64,000 nt of DNA from Intoshia linei (lineage: Eukaryota; Animalia; Orthonectida), in NCBI GenBank assembly GCA_001642005.1, contig LWCA01000035.1, positions 1 through 64,000 on the forward strand, written 5' to 3'. Positions 46,098-58,587 of the stretch are shown one piece after another (within the stretch, counting starts at the first letter, position 1; every line of letters starts with the position of its first letter). The notes beneath the pieces were generated by a model, which was given only the letters and a program-made list of their open reading frames with translations, did no database searches and was not told the DNA's origin. The position numbers and the translations under genes are program-made.

Positions 46098-47553
46098 TCA
46101 ATCATTCATTGTAACTTCGTGAAAGAGATGAGACATTGTTTCTTTGAAATAGATTCGTCTAATACTTTCAGCCAAAAGGTCTCTTATATCAACAATCTTA
46201 ATTTTGGAGCTATTTACATGAATTGGAATAGTATTGGTAACTATAAACTAAAAAATAATAAACAGAAAAAAATTAATTTACTTCATCAATTTTGGAATTT
46301 GTAATAGATTCGTGATATTTTGCACTAAACATAGCATGTGTGCCTAAAATATAAACAGCTTTGGCGCCATTGTTTTTTAGGAATGTAGCAGATTCGATAA
46401 AATCCATTAAAGTTGAATCATCAATACAAATTTCCTAAAAAATATTTCAAAATTTATCTTGATCGTTAAATAATAAAAATTTACGACTAAAAATGTAATT
46501 TTATCTTTGACGTTACCAATCAATACAGGAGCTCCACTTGATTTTGTAGCAATCACTATATAATGTAGTATTACAAATAAAAAAAATTACTCGGAAGACT
46601 TCCTACGTGGTGAGCTATGAATCTTTTCTGAACATCTACGGGTGGCGGACTGTTTCTTCCGTCATCATCAATTTCTTCAGAGTTGTTGGGGAATTTTCCA
46701 TGTATAACTGCTATACCCACACCAAGCCTTTCTGACATGGACGTGGATCGAGCGATCCCGGTTGGACTACGCGAAACGACAACTGCATTTTTAAAATCTG
46801 GAATCTAGACATTTTCTCGTTGAAAATTGAAAATATAAAAAATACATTTTTTCGAACGTAATGTAGTAAAAACGGCAAACTTCTAAGATTGTCCACAGGA
46901 CATTCAAAAAAACCTTGAATTTCCTTGACTTGTAAATCAATAGTAATCACATGATTAATCCCTGTAAAGATTAAAATGTAATATAAAATAAACGTAATAA
47001 CTTACCAGCTTGCACAAACAATTTAGAAATTAGTTTTACGACAATGGACCCTCTTTTACGCATTTTGCTTTGACGGCTAAATTACAATTATAATTAATTT
47101 TTGGAACAGTTCATTTTACCTATAAGGTAAATGAGGCAAAACAGCAATGATTTCTTGAGCACTGGAAGTTCGGCATGCATAGGCTACCAAAAGCAAATTC
47201 ATCAAGTCATTGTTTACATTTCTACCCAAAAGGGCAATTATTATATTTTTACTTAATTATACTGTGTTGAAGTCTGAATAATAAATACACGCTTTTGACG
47301 GACTGATTGGCTAATTTTTATGATGCTTTCTACAAAGAATTTTAAATAATTACATAAAGAAAAATTCAATAAATATTAAATTATAAGGTTAACAACACTG
47401 CGTACATTACCCCTGGATGTTGACAATTCAATATCTGTTTTGCAAATTTTAATGCCAAGTAATCTGAAATGTATTTATATATTAAAAGTATTCATATTAC
47501 CGAGCTATTGACGAGGCAAACGTCTTATCACAATTTCCAGATACAATAAGCAT
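46098..47553 (-). CDS. PRPSAP: Phosphoribosyl pyrophosphate synthase-associated protein
   Basis: MLIVSGN...[16 protein letters not shown]...[28 protein letters not shown]...AVIHG...DDGRNSPP...THAM...LAESIRRI...[18 protein letters not shown] and DGRxSPP are diagnostic of PRPSAP rather than the catalytic PRPS. Confidence 0.92.
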
Positions 47554-48468
47554 TATATAATATTCACTTTGCCTAATTTTATGCTAAACATGGTTACATC
47601 AATTTTACTTTATTTTATATAAAAAAATAGTAATGATCGATTAAATTTTAAATTTTGATGCGTGTGGTGCTTATCATTTTTTGTCACAGAAAAAGTTTTT
47701 TATCAATTTATTTTTATAATTTATGTATGAGAAAGGAGTTATGTAAATCAATTTTGGATTAATTCGACATTTTATATTTTGAAATAGGATAATTTTAATT
47801 ATCAACAAACTTTCAGTTGTTATATAATGAAGTAACGAGGTTAAAGATAAATTTTTTGTTGTCGTTAGCAACCATTCATTGCCTAATAATTTAATCAGTC
47901 AAAAATTGCTTAAGATTAAGTTAAGATATAGTTGTTGGATAAACGAAAAAAAATTTTTGGAAATGCTTTTTTCACATCTTTCTATTTTTCTCTTGTCACA
48001 TCATAATATTGAATTTTTAATTCAGAAAATGATATTTTTTGGGGGTTACATACATTAAATTTATTTATATATCATTACATGTAATTGAACCTCTTTTATC
48101 GAGAAATTGGTCTCTTCAGGAACTAATCATAATATTTTTTTGATTCCTTTTCACTTAATTTTGAATTATTTTTTTATGTTATGTAATGTTTTATAAATGA
48201 TTGGAAACGAATATTCAGTACATTGGAACTGTGTGCTCGTTTAATTCCTATTTGGTTATTTGATCCACTTTCCTTTGTTTAGTTATATTTCGATACCCAG
48301 TGACAGAACGGGGAAATTGAATTATAATTCAATAATTATTGAGCTAATTATAAAACTTATGTACACTGTATTGTACATATATTTGTGAAATAATAAATAT
48401 CATTTCAAAAATACCTTCGTTTATCTGTATCCTAGCAAAAATTCAATAAGTTTTCATTTTAGTGGTTA

Positions 48469-49119
48469 ATGACTAAAAGCGACATTGTGGCAACATGGAC
48501 TTTAGAATTAGTGGAAGGAAAATATATAATTGAATTTATTCATAACACTCTTACGGGAAGGAGAGGAATATTTGTAAATGACAAGGTAACTGATATTCAT
48601 TGAGCCTTAAAATTATTGTTTTATAGCAATATTTGAGAACAGACTGGATGTTTCATTTATTAGGAACCGAAATATTTGAAATTGGTACAAATCGTTGCGA
48701 AATATGTATTGATGCTGATGATTTCGAATACAGTTATACGTTATCAGTAAACCAAAAAAAATACGAAACGTTTATAGAAAAGCAATCCAAGTTTCTTCAT
48801 ACTTGGATTTACAACGATGAGACCTTGGATTCGGAATTTAGAATTGTTATGGGTAAATTTAAACATTTTGTTTTTAAACCTTGTTTAGACAAAGAAACAA
48901 TGGACGTGTACGTTAATGGCAAAATGGTGAAAACTGAAGTATTTAGTTATATATTTTGGTTATAAATTTGGTGTTTAGTCAGAATTTGGTGATGATTGCA
49001 CAATGATGTTATTTAATATCGACGAAAAAATAAATGGAGTAATTAAAACCTTCCATAGTGGAACCATGAAAAAGGGTATCGTTCAAAAATTAGTAATAAA
49101 TGATAAAATTATTGAATAA
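48469..49119 (+). CDS. FAIM: Fas apoptotic inhibitory molecule
   Basis: Four exons: MTKSDIVATW...IEFIHNTLTGRRGIFVNDK...DWMFHLLGTEIF...FEYSYTLSVN...FRIVMDKETMDVYVNG...EFGDD...KKGIVQKLVINDKIIE. Confidence 0.92.
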
Positions 49120-49168
49120 CCAATATATTTTTTAATGTAAATAAAAATAACGAAATAATTTATTTACA

Positions 49169-52100
49169 TTAAATACCATTATCATCATATATGTGTACAA
49201 TATTTTTTTTTGATTCAAAGTGGACACGTTTCTCATTTTTATCCTTATCAAATGATTGCGAAATTCTATTTTTAAATATAGACTTTGGTAAACTTTGACT
49301 ACATGCATTTTGATCCTTTGATTTTTTTAATTCCGATATATATTTAGTAACAAGTGTACTGTCGTAATTGAATTTATCGCAAATTTTTTCATATTTGTGT
49401 TGATGGTTGCAATTTAACTTTTTCTTGTGATTTGTAAGTTGGGTTAAATCGCTCATTGAATTGTAACACCGTGATGCTGATTCATATCCTAGCTTATTTT
49501 GATAGTATGTAGAAATTTTTTTTAAATTGTTCAATTGGCTTTCCTTGTTGCAATTATAACTTAGAATACTATTTCGTATGTTTGTATTTTTATATGTTTT
49601 ACCAAATGTATCATAATACTGTTTCAAAGCGTCCGGAGATATTGGTGATTTTTTTAATTGTAATTTTTCTTTTAAATCTTCCTGTGAGCGCTAAGAATGT
49701 AAATATAGTACACATTTGTATAGTTTTTTTAAGAGAATATTCTTAAACCTAACCATTTTTACTAAAAATCCACTTTTACAAACTCCTAAGGAAAAATCAA
49801 ATTTTACCAACCCTTATGGGAAAACCCACTTTTACCAACCTTTTATGTGAAAAAGAAAATGCAAACAGCGTGCTTGAAGGGCTGAATTTTCTGAAACAGA
49901 CATGCAAAAAGAGAGGTAAACAGTGTATAATTCAAACAATTACGACTGACGAAGGCAAGGTGTATATAAAAACTATGGAAACCCTTGGTAGTTCAACCAT
50001 ATGGGTTAACTGTTGGTTTTATGTGAAAACTTTGATTAAATCTGATGCTTCCGGGATAACTTGTTTATCACTAATATTTTATTTGAGAACTTCATTTTGT
50101 TTTGTTTGTGATATTGAGTTTTTATGGGATACTCCGCAATTCTGTGAAACTGGATTATTCCCTTAAAGGTTGGTAAATTTTGATTTTTAGTAAAAATGGT
50201 TGGATTTAAATAGACACCCGTTTTTTAATCAAAGTTTTAACATTTATTTAAATCAGGCGTTCTTAATCGGATATATGACCTTTTTGGGAGCTACAATAAA
50301 GATGTATAACTTTTTTTTAACATCAATAATTTTTAAAAAGGGGGAAAGGTTATATAACCATATCATATTGTTCATAATATACTTATTGCATTTAAGATCA
50401 TTTATATTATTGAATTTGTTGAGAAAATAAAAAACATAGTCAATAAAGTTTTGATTTATGAGAGGTGGAGAGAACAAGGTTCAAAACGCCTGATTTAAGA
50501 CCACTTTAAGTCACTTCACAACCGTTTTTTATCAATAATATTTATTTTATTTTGAAATGTTTTATTGATAAATGTGTCAGGTTCAATAGTAATTAATTTT
50601 AATGAATATTATAATTTCTATCTAATAAAAAGAACGAATAATACTAAATAATAATGTAACTGATTGAACTGTATATTCAATACTAATTAATAAAAATTTG
50701 CATCTATTTTATCGACATAATCATCAATATCTTGTCTTTATTATTTATTCTGTTCCCATTATTTTGTCTTAAAAAATGAAAATACATGTATTGAGAGGAA
50801 ACTAATTTATTATGCAGAATATATAATTAGAAATAATGTAATGTATGGGATGTGAGACAAACAATATTGATAAACTAAAAATTGAAATTGATAATGAATT
50901 ATTTTTGTTTAAAACTTTATTCTAAAATTGACTAAAAATTCAAATGGATCTAAGATGGATGAGAAATTCCCAGTCATGGTAGAACTCATTCGTTCTCCAT
51001 TGCATTCGTTGGAATACATCAATTTTTATTTTTCGTAGTTTTTAATGCTTTTTTGACCCAACCAATGTTTCCTATCATTTTACGATATATTCACAATTTG
51101 GTATACTATCAGAACTTGAAAAAAGTAAAATTAAATTAAATACTACCTTTAAATGTAAATCTATTATCTTTTTGCTAGAGAAAAAATAACTAATAGTTCG
51201 CATTATCGAATTCCTAATTTTTTTTATGTATTCTTTTCGATATATTTTAGATATTTTAATGACCAGTATTTAAATCCAACCATTTTTACTAACCCTAAAA
51301 TAAAAAATCCAATTTTACCCTTATTGAATTGAAAAAGTGTATATTTCATGTATTGTATGGTATACTCTGAGTTATATAAATATATATTTATGATTATTAT
51401 TAGATTTATGAAATAACGAACTATTTCATCAAAGATCAAAAATATTCCACTTTAAAAAATAATATTTTGTCAAGTTTGTAAAGAAAATGCAAAGCACAAT
51501 TTAATTATTACTTTTGTACACTTTTATAAATGTTTATAATATACAGTTATGGATTTTTTCCTATAAGAGTTGGTAAATTTTGATTTTTAATAAAAATGGT
51601 TGGATCTAAGAATATTGTCTATTTTAATTATAGTAAATAAATATTTTTCTGATTTGTTTAAAAAGTTACACTAAAAATGAAAAAATATATATAATTGTGA
51701 TTATGATGATAATATACATAACTAAAAAGTAAACCAATAAGTCGCGTATATCACGTCATACTTCCAATAAAAATTGGGATCATGTCACTCAAATATTTTT
51801 TATCAACATAATTCATATCGTATTTAAAAAATTACGTCTTTAGGAGGAAATGTTGTGGTATGAACAGGGGATTTTACATTATTATTCATCTTTAATAAAC
51901 CTTCGTACATTTTTTTGAATTTGATGACCTTTACTTCCAAATAATCAATTTGATAATTATTTTTTCTTATTTGACAATTAAGATTTCTCCGATCCAAATT
52001 ACTTTCATTTAATTTTTTGTTTAATATTTCAATTTTATGTACAAGACGTTCGTTTTCGTTTTTACATAGAGCGAGATTGACGCTTTGAATTTTTTCGATA

Positions 52101-52300
52101 TTAAACAGAGTAGAATTGTGAGGAAACCGTTCATTATCATTTCTATAAGAAGTACAGTCAAAACTATTTTGTTTTTCATTTTTAATTTTCTTCATATTCT
52201 GGTGATCAAATGTATTTTCATTTCTGATATCAACATTATTTGAGTTATTCATATCTACACTAAAATTAATATTAACACACTTTTCTGGAATGCCTTTCAT
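49169..52300 (-). CDS. Hypothetical coiled-coil protein with C-terminal RVxF motif
   Basis: Two long ORFs join in frame through a GT-AG intron (PPKD|RSQEDL; exons about 52300-51836 and 49690-49169). It has a heptad-like segment and ends in KRVHFESKKNIVHIYDD. I recognise no family. Confidence 0.6.
49743..50209. mobile_element. MITE with ~48-bp TIRs (TTAAATCCAACCATTTTTACTAAAAATC family)
   Basis: 49743-49790 is the imperfect reverse complement of 50161-50209. The same termini occur at 51270 and 51609. Confidence 0.7.
50254..50492. mobile_element. Short hAT-like MITE
   Basis: CAGGCGTT...AACGCCTG, flanked by ATTTAAAT / ATTTAAGA (6/8). Confidence 0.5.
51270..51609. mobile_element. Second copy of the TTAAATCCAACC-TIR MITE
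   Basis: TTAAATCCAACCATTTTTACTAA ... TAATAAAAATGGTTGGATCTAA. The interior is shared with 27640-27810. Confidence 0.7.
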
Positions 52301-54174
52301 GTGATTATTGATATTTTGAAAGATCAGGATTGATTATTCGGATTTGATGGTAAAACAAAATAAATTAAAAGGTAAATCATTAATGTATAATATACATCCT
52401 TATTGATAAATAAACTAATATGTGGGTGTTTTGAACATTAATGAATTAAATGGGTTCACATAAATCATAATGTCATAGTATGTATAAAAGATAAGTTGAT
52501 ACGTATTATGTTGAAGTGTATTGATTGAAACTTATACTATCCTTAATAGAATAATTAACATTAAAACATACCCCAAATTGTTGATCTCATGTTTTCATTG
52601 ATTAACGTAACTACAATAATACCGATACTAAGCAATTCATTCCCAATAATATTAATTTTGTATATATAAGTCTTTAAAATTTTTTTTTTTATCAAAGAAA
52701 ATTTGCATTTAATTGGGTCACAATAAATGTAAAATTAGCTTGTATTTACAAACAAATACATAGAGTATTTAGTTGTTGTATAAGTCTTATACAAAAAATC
52801 ATCCAAATTTTGTCAATGTTGGTGTAAAAAATAATTTGAAAAGATTAATTAACTGTTTATAATAATAATGCATTCGAATTATTAATAATGATAAGTAAAA
52901 ATAAAAATGTAGTTTGTATTACAAATTTTATTTCAAAAATAATAAATTTATAATACTAAATTTGATTATTTTTTCTCAAAATTCATTGATTTTATTACAA
53001 AAACATACATTTTACACCTTATAAATGGTTAGTTTTAAGTTTATGATTTTTTAAAGATATAAAATATTTTTTCCATTGCAGTATTTGTGTTTATTACTAT
53101 TAAGTATGCTTTGTAGATAATACTATATAAATAAAGAAGTTAATACTATTTGTACATTTAATCTATAATTATTTTTCTGTCACATAGAACAAGTAAAGCA
53201 TACATGTATTGTAGCATTTCCTGATTTATAAAAATCTCACTTCAATTATAATGTATAATTATTTTAAAAAAATAACATCGATATTGGTTTTGCAATAAGT
53301 TACTAGCAATTGATTATAGTTGAAGTTCACGCATAACTTATTATTTAGTAAATAAATATCACTATTATTTCTATGTTACTAAAATATATTGGTAAAGTAT
53401 ATATCATACATATGTATTCTACTACATACAATGTATGTCATACATACAAAAATTACTGTATATGTAAATTAGAATAAAAGATAGAAATATATAATTGGGA
53501 TTCTCAACATTTTTTGAACCATCGCTCACAGATTTAAAAATTTTAATAGCTTGACTTTAGTTTAATTTAATTCTAATTTTACATAACTTATCATTAAGGC
53601 TGGTACTAGCTAATTTTTTAAAATACTTAAATGTGATATAAATGACTAATTTGAATACAATGATACTTTAATTATTATTTTAATATTTAGAACTAAATAT
53701 TCGGAAAAAGGGAATTTTTAAATAAAGGGTTTGAAATGGTATTTTTTATTAAATTTTATTAATGGTTGAATTTTTAAAATAATAATTTAGCGGTCGTCTA
53801 GGCTTTGAGATAATCCCAACATTTGTTAACTCTATAATAAACTATTTTACAAAAATAAACTAATTTTGTAATTTTTCTGATAATAAAACCAGAAATGATG
53901 GTACTAATACCAGCACGTTCTGGCAACACCTTGCTTATCATGTATTTCATGAATGTAATAAATATGTTCAGAGCCGTACCTACCCAACTCGAGGCCATCC
54001 GAAAATCAAAAATAGACACCTAAAAAAAATTTATAAAAGGATGATTAGTGTCATATAGCTCTAACCACCTATCTAAGAGTCTTGCTTTGACATTTTAAAA
54101 TATAAATCAACGGTTCCCAACAAACTTCACAGTTCGTACCCATAAATTGAAAAAAAATTATTTCGTTGTTATTA

Positions 54175-54357
54175 CCGCATTTTTCGGAGTATAAGGCGCA
54201 CCCTTTTACATGAAAAATTAGGAATGTGCCTTATATGAGGATTTTGCAAAGGGAATTATTTTCTAACTATATATTGTACCATTTGATTCTTAATTTTTAA
54301 TAGAAACTCTTCTGTTAAAAATAAAATAAAATTCGCCTTATACTCCAAAAAATACAG
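54175..54357. mobile_element. Tc1/mariner-pogo MITE nested in a hAT-like element (54108-54452)
   Basis: TA TSD and a 24-bp TIR CCGCATTTTTCGGAGTATAAGGCG (21/24). The outer element runs CAACGGTTCCCAA ... CGGGAACCACTG. Confidence 0.75.
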
Positions 54358-55379
54358 TATTTACATGTTAATATAATTTAATATATAATTATTATTTGAT
54401 AAATTTTTTTTATATTTTATTTAAATCTCACGGGCCCAATCGGGAACCACTGGTATTTAATGCAATTTAATACAACTTTAATGTAAAGTATAAGAAAATA
54501 ATATCAATTTGTAAATAACTTCATTTTTAACATAATTTCGAATCATATTCTTAATTTGAGAACCTTGCGATATATGTTAAATGATATTTTGTACATTTTC
54601 TTACAAAAAAAATAAGTTGATTGAAATTTTATTCTTGAAATACAACCGTGATGGTCACCTATCATATAATTTTATTTTGACAAATTGTCAATAAATTCAT
54701 GAAAATGAATGACAGGAAAAAAATGTCTTAGAATTTATGGCCTTTTAAAATTTGAAATTATAATTTTTTAAAATGCTTATAGACAGAAAAATGAAACTTT
54801 TTACATCCAGTACAATGCAAATTTAGTTTATTTTAGCAAAAGGGGAGGGCTCTTTCGATCATGGTAATTTCGATTCTGTCTCATATAAAACGGATACAGT
54901 TTAGCAGATCCGAACCGACCATACTCCGACAGTCTTCTTATCCGTTGTCGAAATTATCGTAAAATGGAGGCATCATTTTACCAAATTGAGCATTTAAAAA
55001 AATTACATGCTTAAATATCATAACTATTGTGTACTAAATTTAAAATGCTAAATCCTTTAAAATTAAAATTCAATTTAAAATACTTTGAGAAGTGACTAGG
55101 GTGTATGACACTACACATCGTTTGTGAAAAATTTTTTATTGGCCAATTTTTAAATTTGTAATTTTCGAATAGCCTCGAGCTTGACGGGACACCTTTGCAC
55201 TGAATATACTTTGTTGTATATTTTACAATGTACAATTATATCTTGTAATAAAATTATATTGAAGTTGTCAGTTAGTAGGATAAGTATAGTTTAAGAAACG
55301 TAAACTTTTTCATGATTAAATAAAGTTAATAAATGTAAAAAGTATATATAAAGTCACATAATCGCAATACAGTACATCT

Positions 55380-58300
55380 ATGGACGAAAAACGTGTACCC
55401 ATTCACATTCATTGCAATAAATTGATGGGTAAATACAATAAAATAATTGTTCTGCATAATTCCATATTATTTAGTGTTAAACTTGTAAAATAGTTGTCAG
55501 TATATCAGATTCGTGTCACTTACCGTACCACAAACTCCGTTTTATTGATGACTTCAAAATTTTTTATATGAAATTTAAATATATAAAGGTGAGGACCTCA
55601 TTTTTATCCCGAAAATTATTAAAAGATCTTAATAATACAGCATAATAATAATAACACTATGCGTGTTATATACTTCATATGCAGTAGTTGTAAAATATAA
55701 AAATGTAAGCACACGCATAGTGATAATATAACAATAATAATTTTAAACCTCCACTATTCACCAAAATCGGTAATTCGAAAGTTTTAGCGAATAGTAGAAC
55801 CAAGTTTCTAGGATTCTGCAACCAAATTAGTATATACCATTAAATCTTTTATTAAAACTTTTTTGTCATAAGAGTTGGTAAAATCGTGGTTTTCAAAAAA
55901 ATATTGGAAAAAGATGATATTTGCCTTAAGGGTTGGTAAAAATGGATTTTTTATTTAGGGGTTTGATTTTTTTCATAATTGTCAAATCCTAATTTTTATC
56001 AATTTTTTTTGAATTTAATTTTTGGAACAAGGCATGGAAAAATTTGATTGATTTATTATGAAAAATTTTTGGCGAATAGTGAATCTGTATGTGTTTTTTG
56101 AATGATTGTCAATTTACTTTTTAATAGTTGTTTTTCGATAATTTCAATAAAAAAATTTTATCGACTCATAAATATAATATAATGAAAAAAAATATTTTTG
56201 GAAATATTTTTTACGACATCGTTTTTTTTGACTAAAAATAATTACATCGATCCGAAATCATGAAGTTTTATATTATAAATTATGCATTTTTCGAATTCTT
56301 AATTATTTGTTTGATTTGTTAACATTTTACATAATAAATATATTAAAGATTGGTTGATACAACGAAACCATTGTCAATGCGATTGGTACAAAAAAATAAA
56401 ACAACTCGAAAATGAAAAAAATATTATATTCGAAGAAATAAAAAAGGATAAAACACTTCAAGAAGCTTTATCTAAATGTCAAAATTCTGTTATAAAATAT
56501 ACAAGTAAATTCAAATGTTTTGTGTAATCTTAAATATGAACATTTTAGATGTTAACTACAATGATTTCATGGAATTGTATAAAAATTTACTTGAGACTCA
56601 TTACAAAGAAAAAAATGTATTTGGTCAATATACTAAAAAACCTATGAAAGTATTCATTTTTTTATCATGTATATTTGACATTTTAGAACTTTTATTGGTG
56701 TATCAACGAGTATGTCAAAAATAACGTATATTTAGGTAAAAATCGTAAAATATATTAAACTTTAAGTCAACAATTAAAATAAAATATGCATAATTAACAC
56801 GTTATGAAATGTTAATTGTCCATTAAATTGACAATTATGTTAAATTTTTATATACTATTTCGATTGTATGTCTTTAATCCCTTCTGAATATCTTATATTT
56901 GAATGTTTATATTGCAGCCGAATATTCTTATCATTTAACGACTAATTTAAATTACAAGATTCCAGAGTTGAAACTTATTATTTCTACATTGCAACAAGAT
57001 AAAACTGTAATTTTTTTTCGAGAATATAAATACATTTACTGAATTTATTAGAGTACTATTCATAAAATTAATAAGCTGTCATTACGAGATGCGAGTATAT
57101 CTGAAAAAATAGAGAAATTATCAATCGACTATAACTTTTCAAATAATGAATCTGTAAATGTTATTATTTTAAAATTGGTTACATGAATCAATTTGGACCC
57201 AACATATATAAGTCAAAATATTTGTAATTTGACCACGCCAGTTGTATTACTATCAAACTTAATTTATTTATTTCTACAACTTTTACATACAATTTTAGAA
57301 AAAAGATATTATTAATCAAATTGAAAATAATGTCAGTTTGGATAATTTTAAATATTTTAACTTGATTATGGATTTAATTGAACAATTAAAAGTTTTTGTT
57401 AATACTTTTAACAATTACATGAATATTGTGTAATATTCAATTAAAATTATAATATAGTAATATTTTTAGTGAAAATTATGATAAAATATTTAATATTGTT
57501 GATTTACTTTACAATGTAAAACTACTCAATTATTTGACAAAAAACAAAAATACAACTAATCTAGCATATCAGAATGATAAAACGAATCAAGATTTTGAGG
57601 ATATAAACAATACAAATGATCAAGATGAAAATATTGAAGTATATATTATGTAATATTTATAACATAAATATAGATAATAACGTTGGAATTGGAGGTAGAA
57701 ATTTTAAAATTATATAAAATTAAATTTTTATATTATAGGATTTGGAAATGACACAAGGTTATTTTGAAAAATTATAAAGATATTAACTTTAGGAAAAAAT
57801 ATGACAGTACTGGACATGTTAGATAATCGAAATAAATTGAAAATTGAACTGAAATTTGTATTTTTTAACATTTAAACATTATTAGAAATGGTATTTAGAT
57901 TCAAAATTTTATTGAATCATTTTTGTACCTTAAAATTAAAAATCCATCTTTTACGATAAACGATTGTGATCAAATATTGAAAATAAAGAAAGAGTTATTA
58001 GAAAGCAGTCAAAATTTAAATATTTCAGTATTGGTAAAAAATGTTTTTGATATTTTACAGGATGATGTGTTTTTAAGAATGATTGAAATTCGATCAAATT
58101 TAAAGTAATTTTATACTTTTCAAAATTGAATATAATGATAAACTTTTAACTTTTAAAACTTAGGTGTAGTCAAGATGTTTACAATTCATTATTAAGCAAA
58201 AAGGAAGAAATTTCTTCTATACGTAAAAAAATTGAATTATTACGAAACCAAGAATCCAAATTTAATCAAGAAATTATTACAACTAAACAAGAAATGACTC

Positions 58301-58451
58301 TAGTCATCGCGGAAACTATAAATATCAAAAAATTGGTTCTCTTATAAATTATAATTTTCATTTTATTTTTTAGATTGAAAGAGACGTATCCAAAAAATAC
58401 AACGATCGGAATGTTTCATTAATTGGAGAAATTAATAATTTTGTTAAATAA
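55380..58451 (+). CDS. CDK5RAP3: CDK5 regulatory subunit-associated protein 3 (C53)
   Basis: MDEKRVPIHIHCNKLMDWLIQRNHC...W...KNVFGQY...MK...NNVYLAE...NLNYKIPELK...IERDVSKKYNDRNVSLIGEIN. This matches the C53 N-terminus (VPIDI..KLLDWL..RHC) and C-terminus (IE.DISK.Y..R.V.L.G). Confidence 0.9.
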
Positions 58452-58587
58452 ATAGTTATTATTATATACAGTTTTATATCAGTCAATAACATTTAAAACA
58501 GTTTAACATTGATCATTTTTTCGAGGTTTATATAAGATTTTTTACGGTTGTAAATAATTTAATAAACTAAAGCAAATAATTTTAACA

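Noticed and set aside
49816-50166. 116-aa ORF inside the TIR element as a possible transposase remnant
   Set aside because: It starts within the TIR repeats and shows no DDE, HTH or zinc-finger motif that I recognise.
52561-52671. Minus-strand stretch resembling a GPCR TM7/helix 8 (IIVVTLINENMRSTIWGMF)
   Set aside because: I could not build upstream in-frame exons, and hydrophobic translation is expected from AT-rich DNA.
53798-54019. 73-aa ORF with a plausible splice acceptor
   Set aside because: Its 5' part is the inverted end of the 11220-11510 repeat family and its 3' end runs into another repeat.
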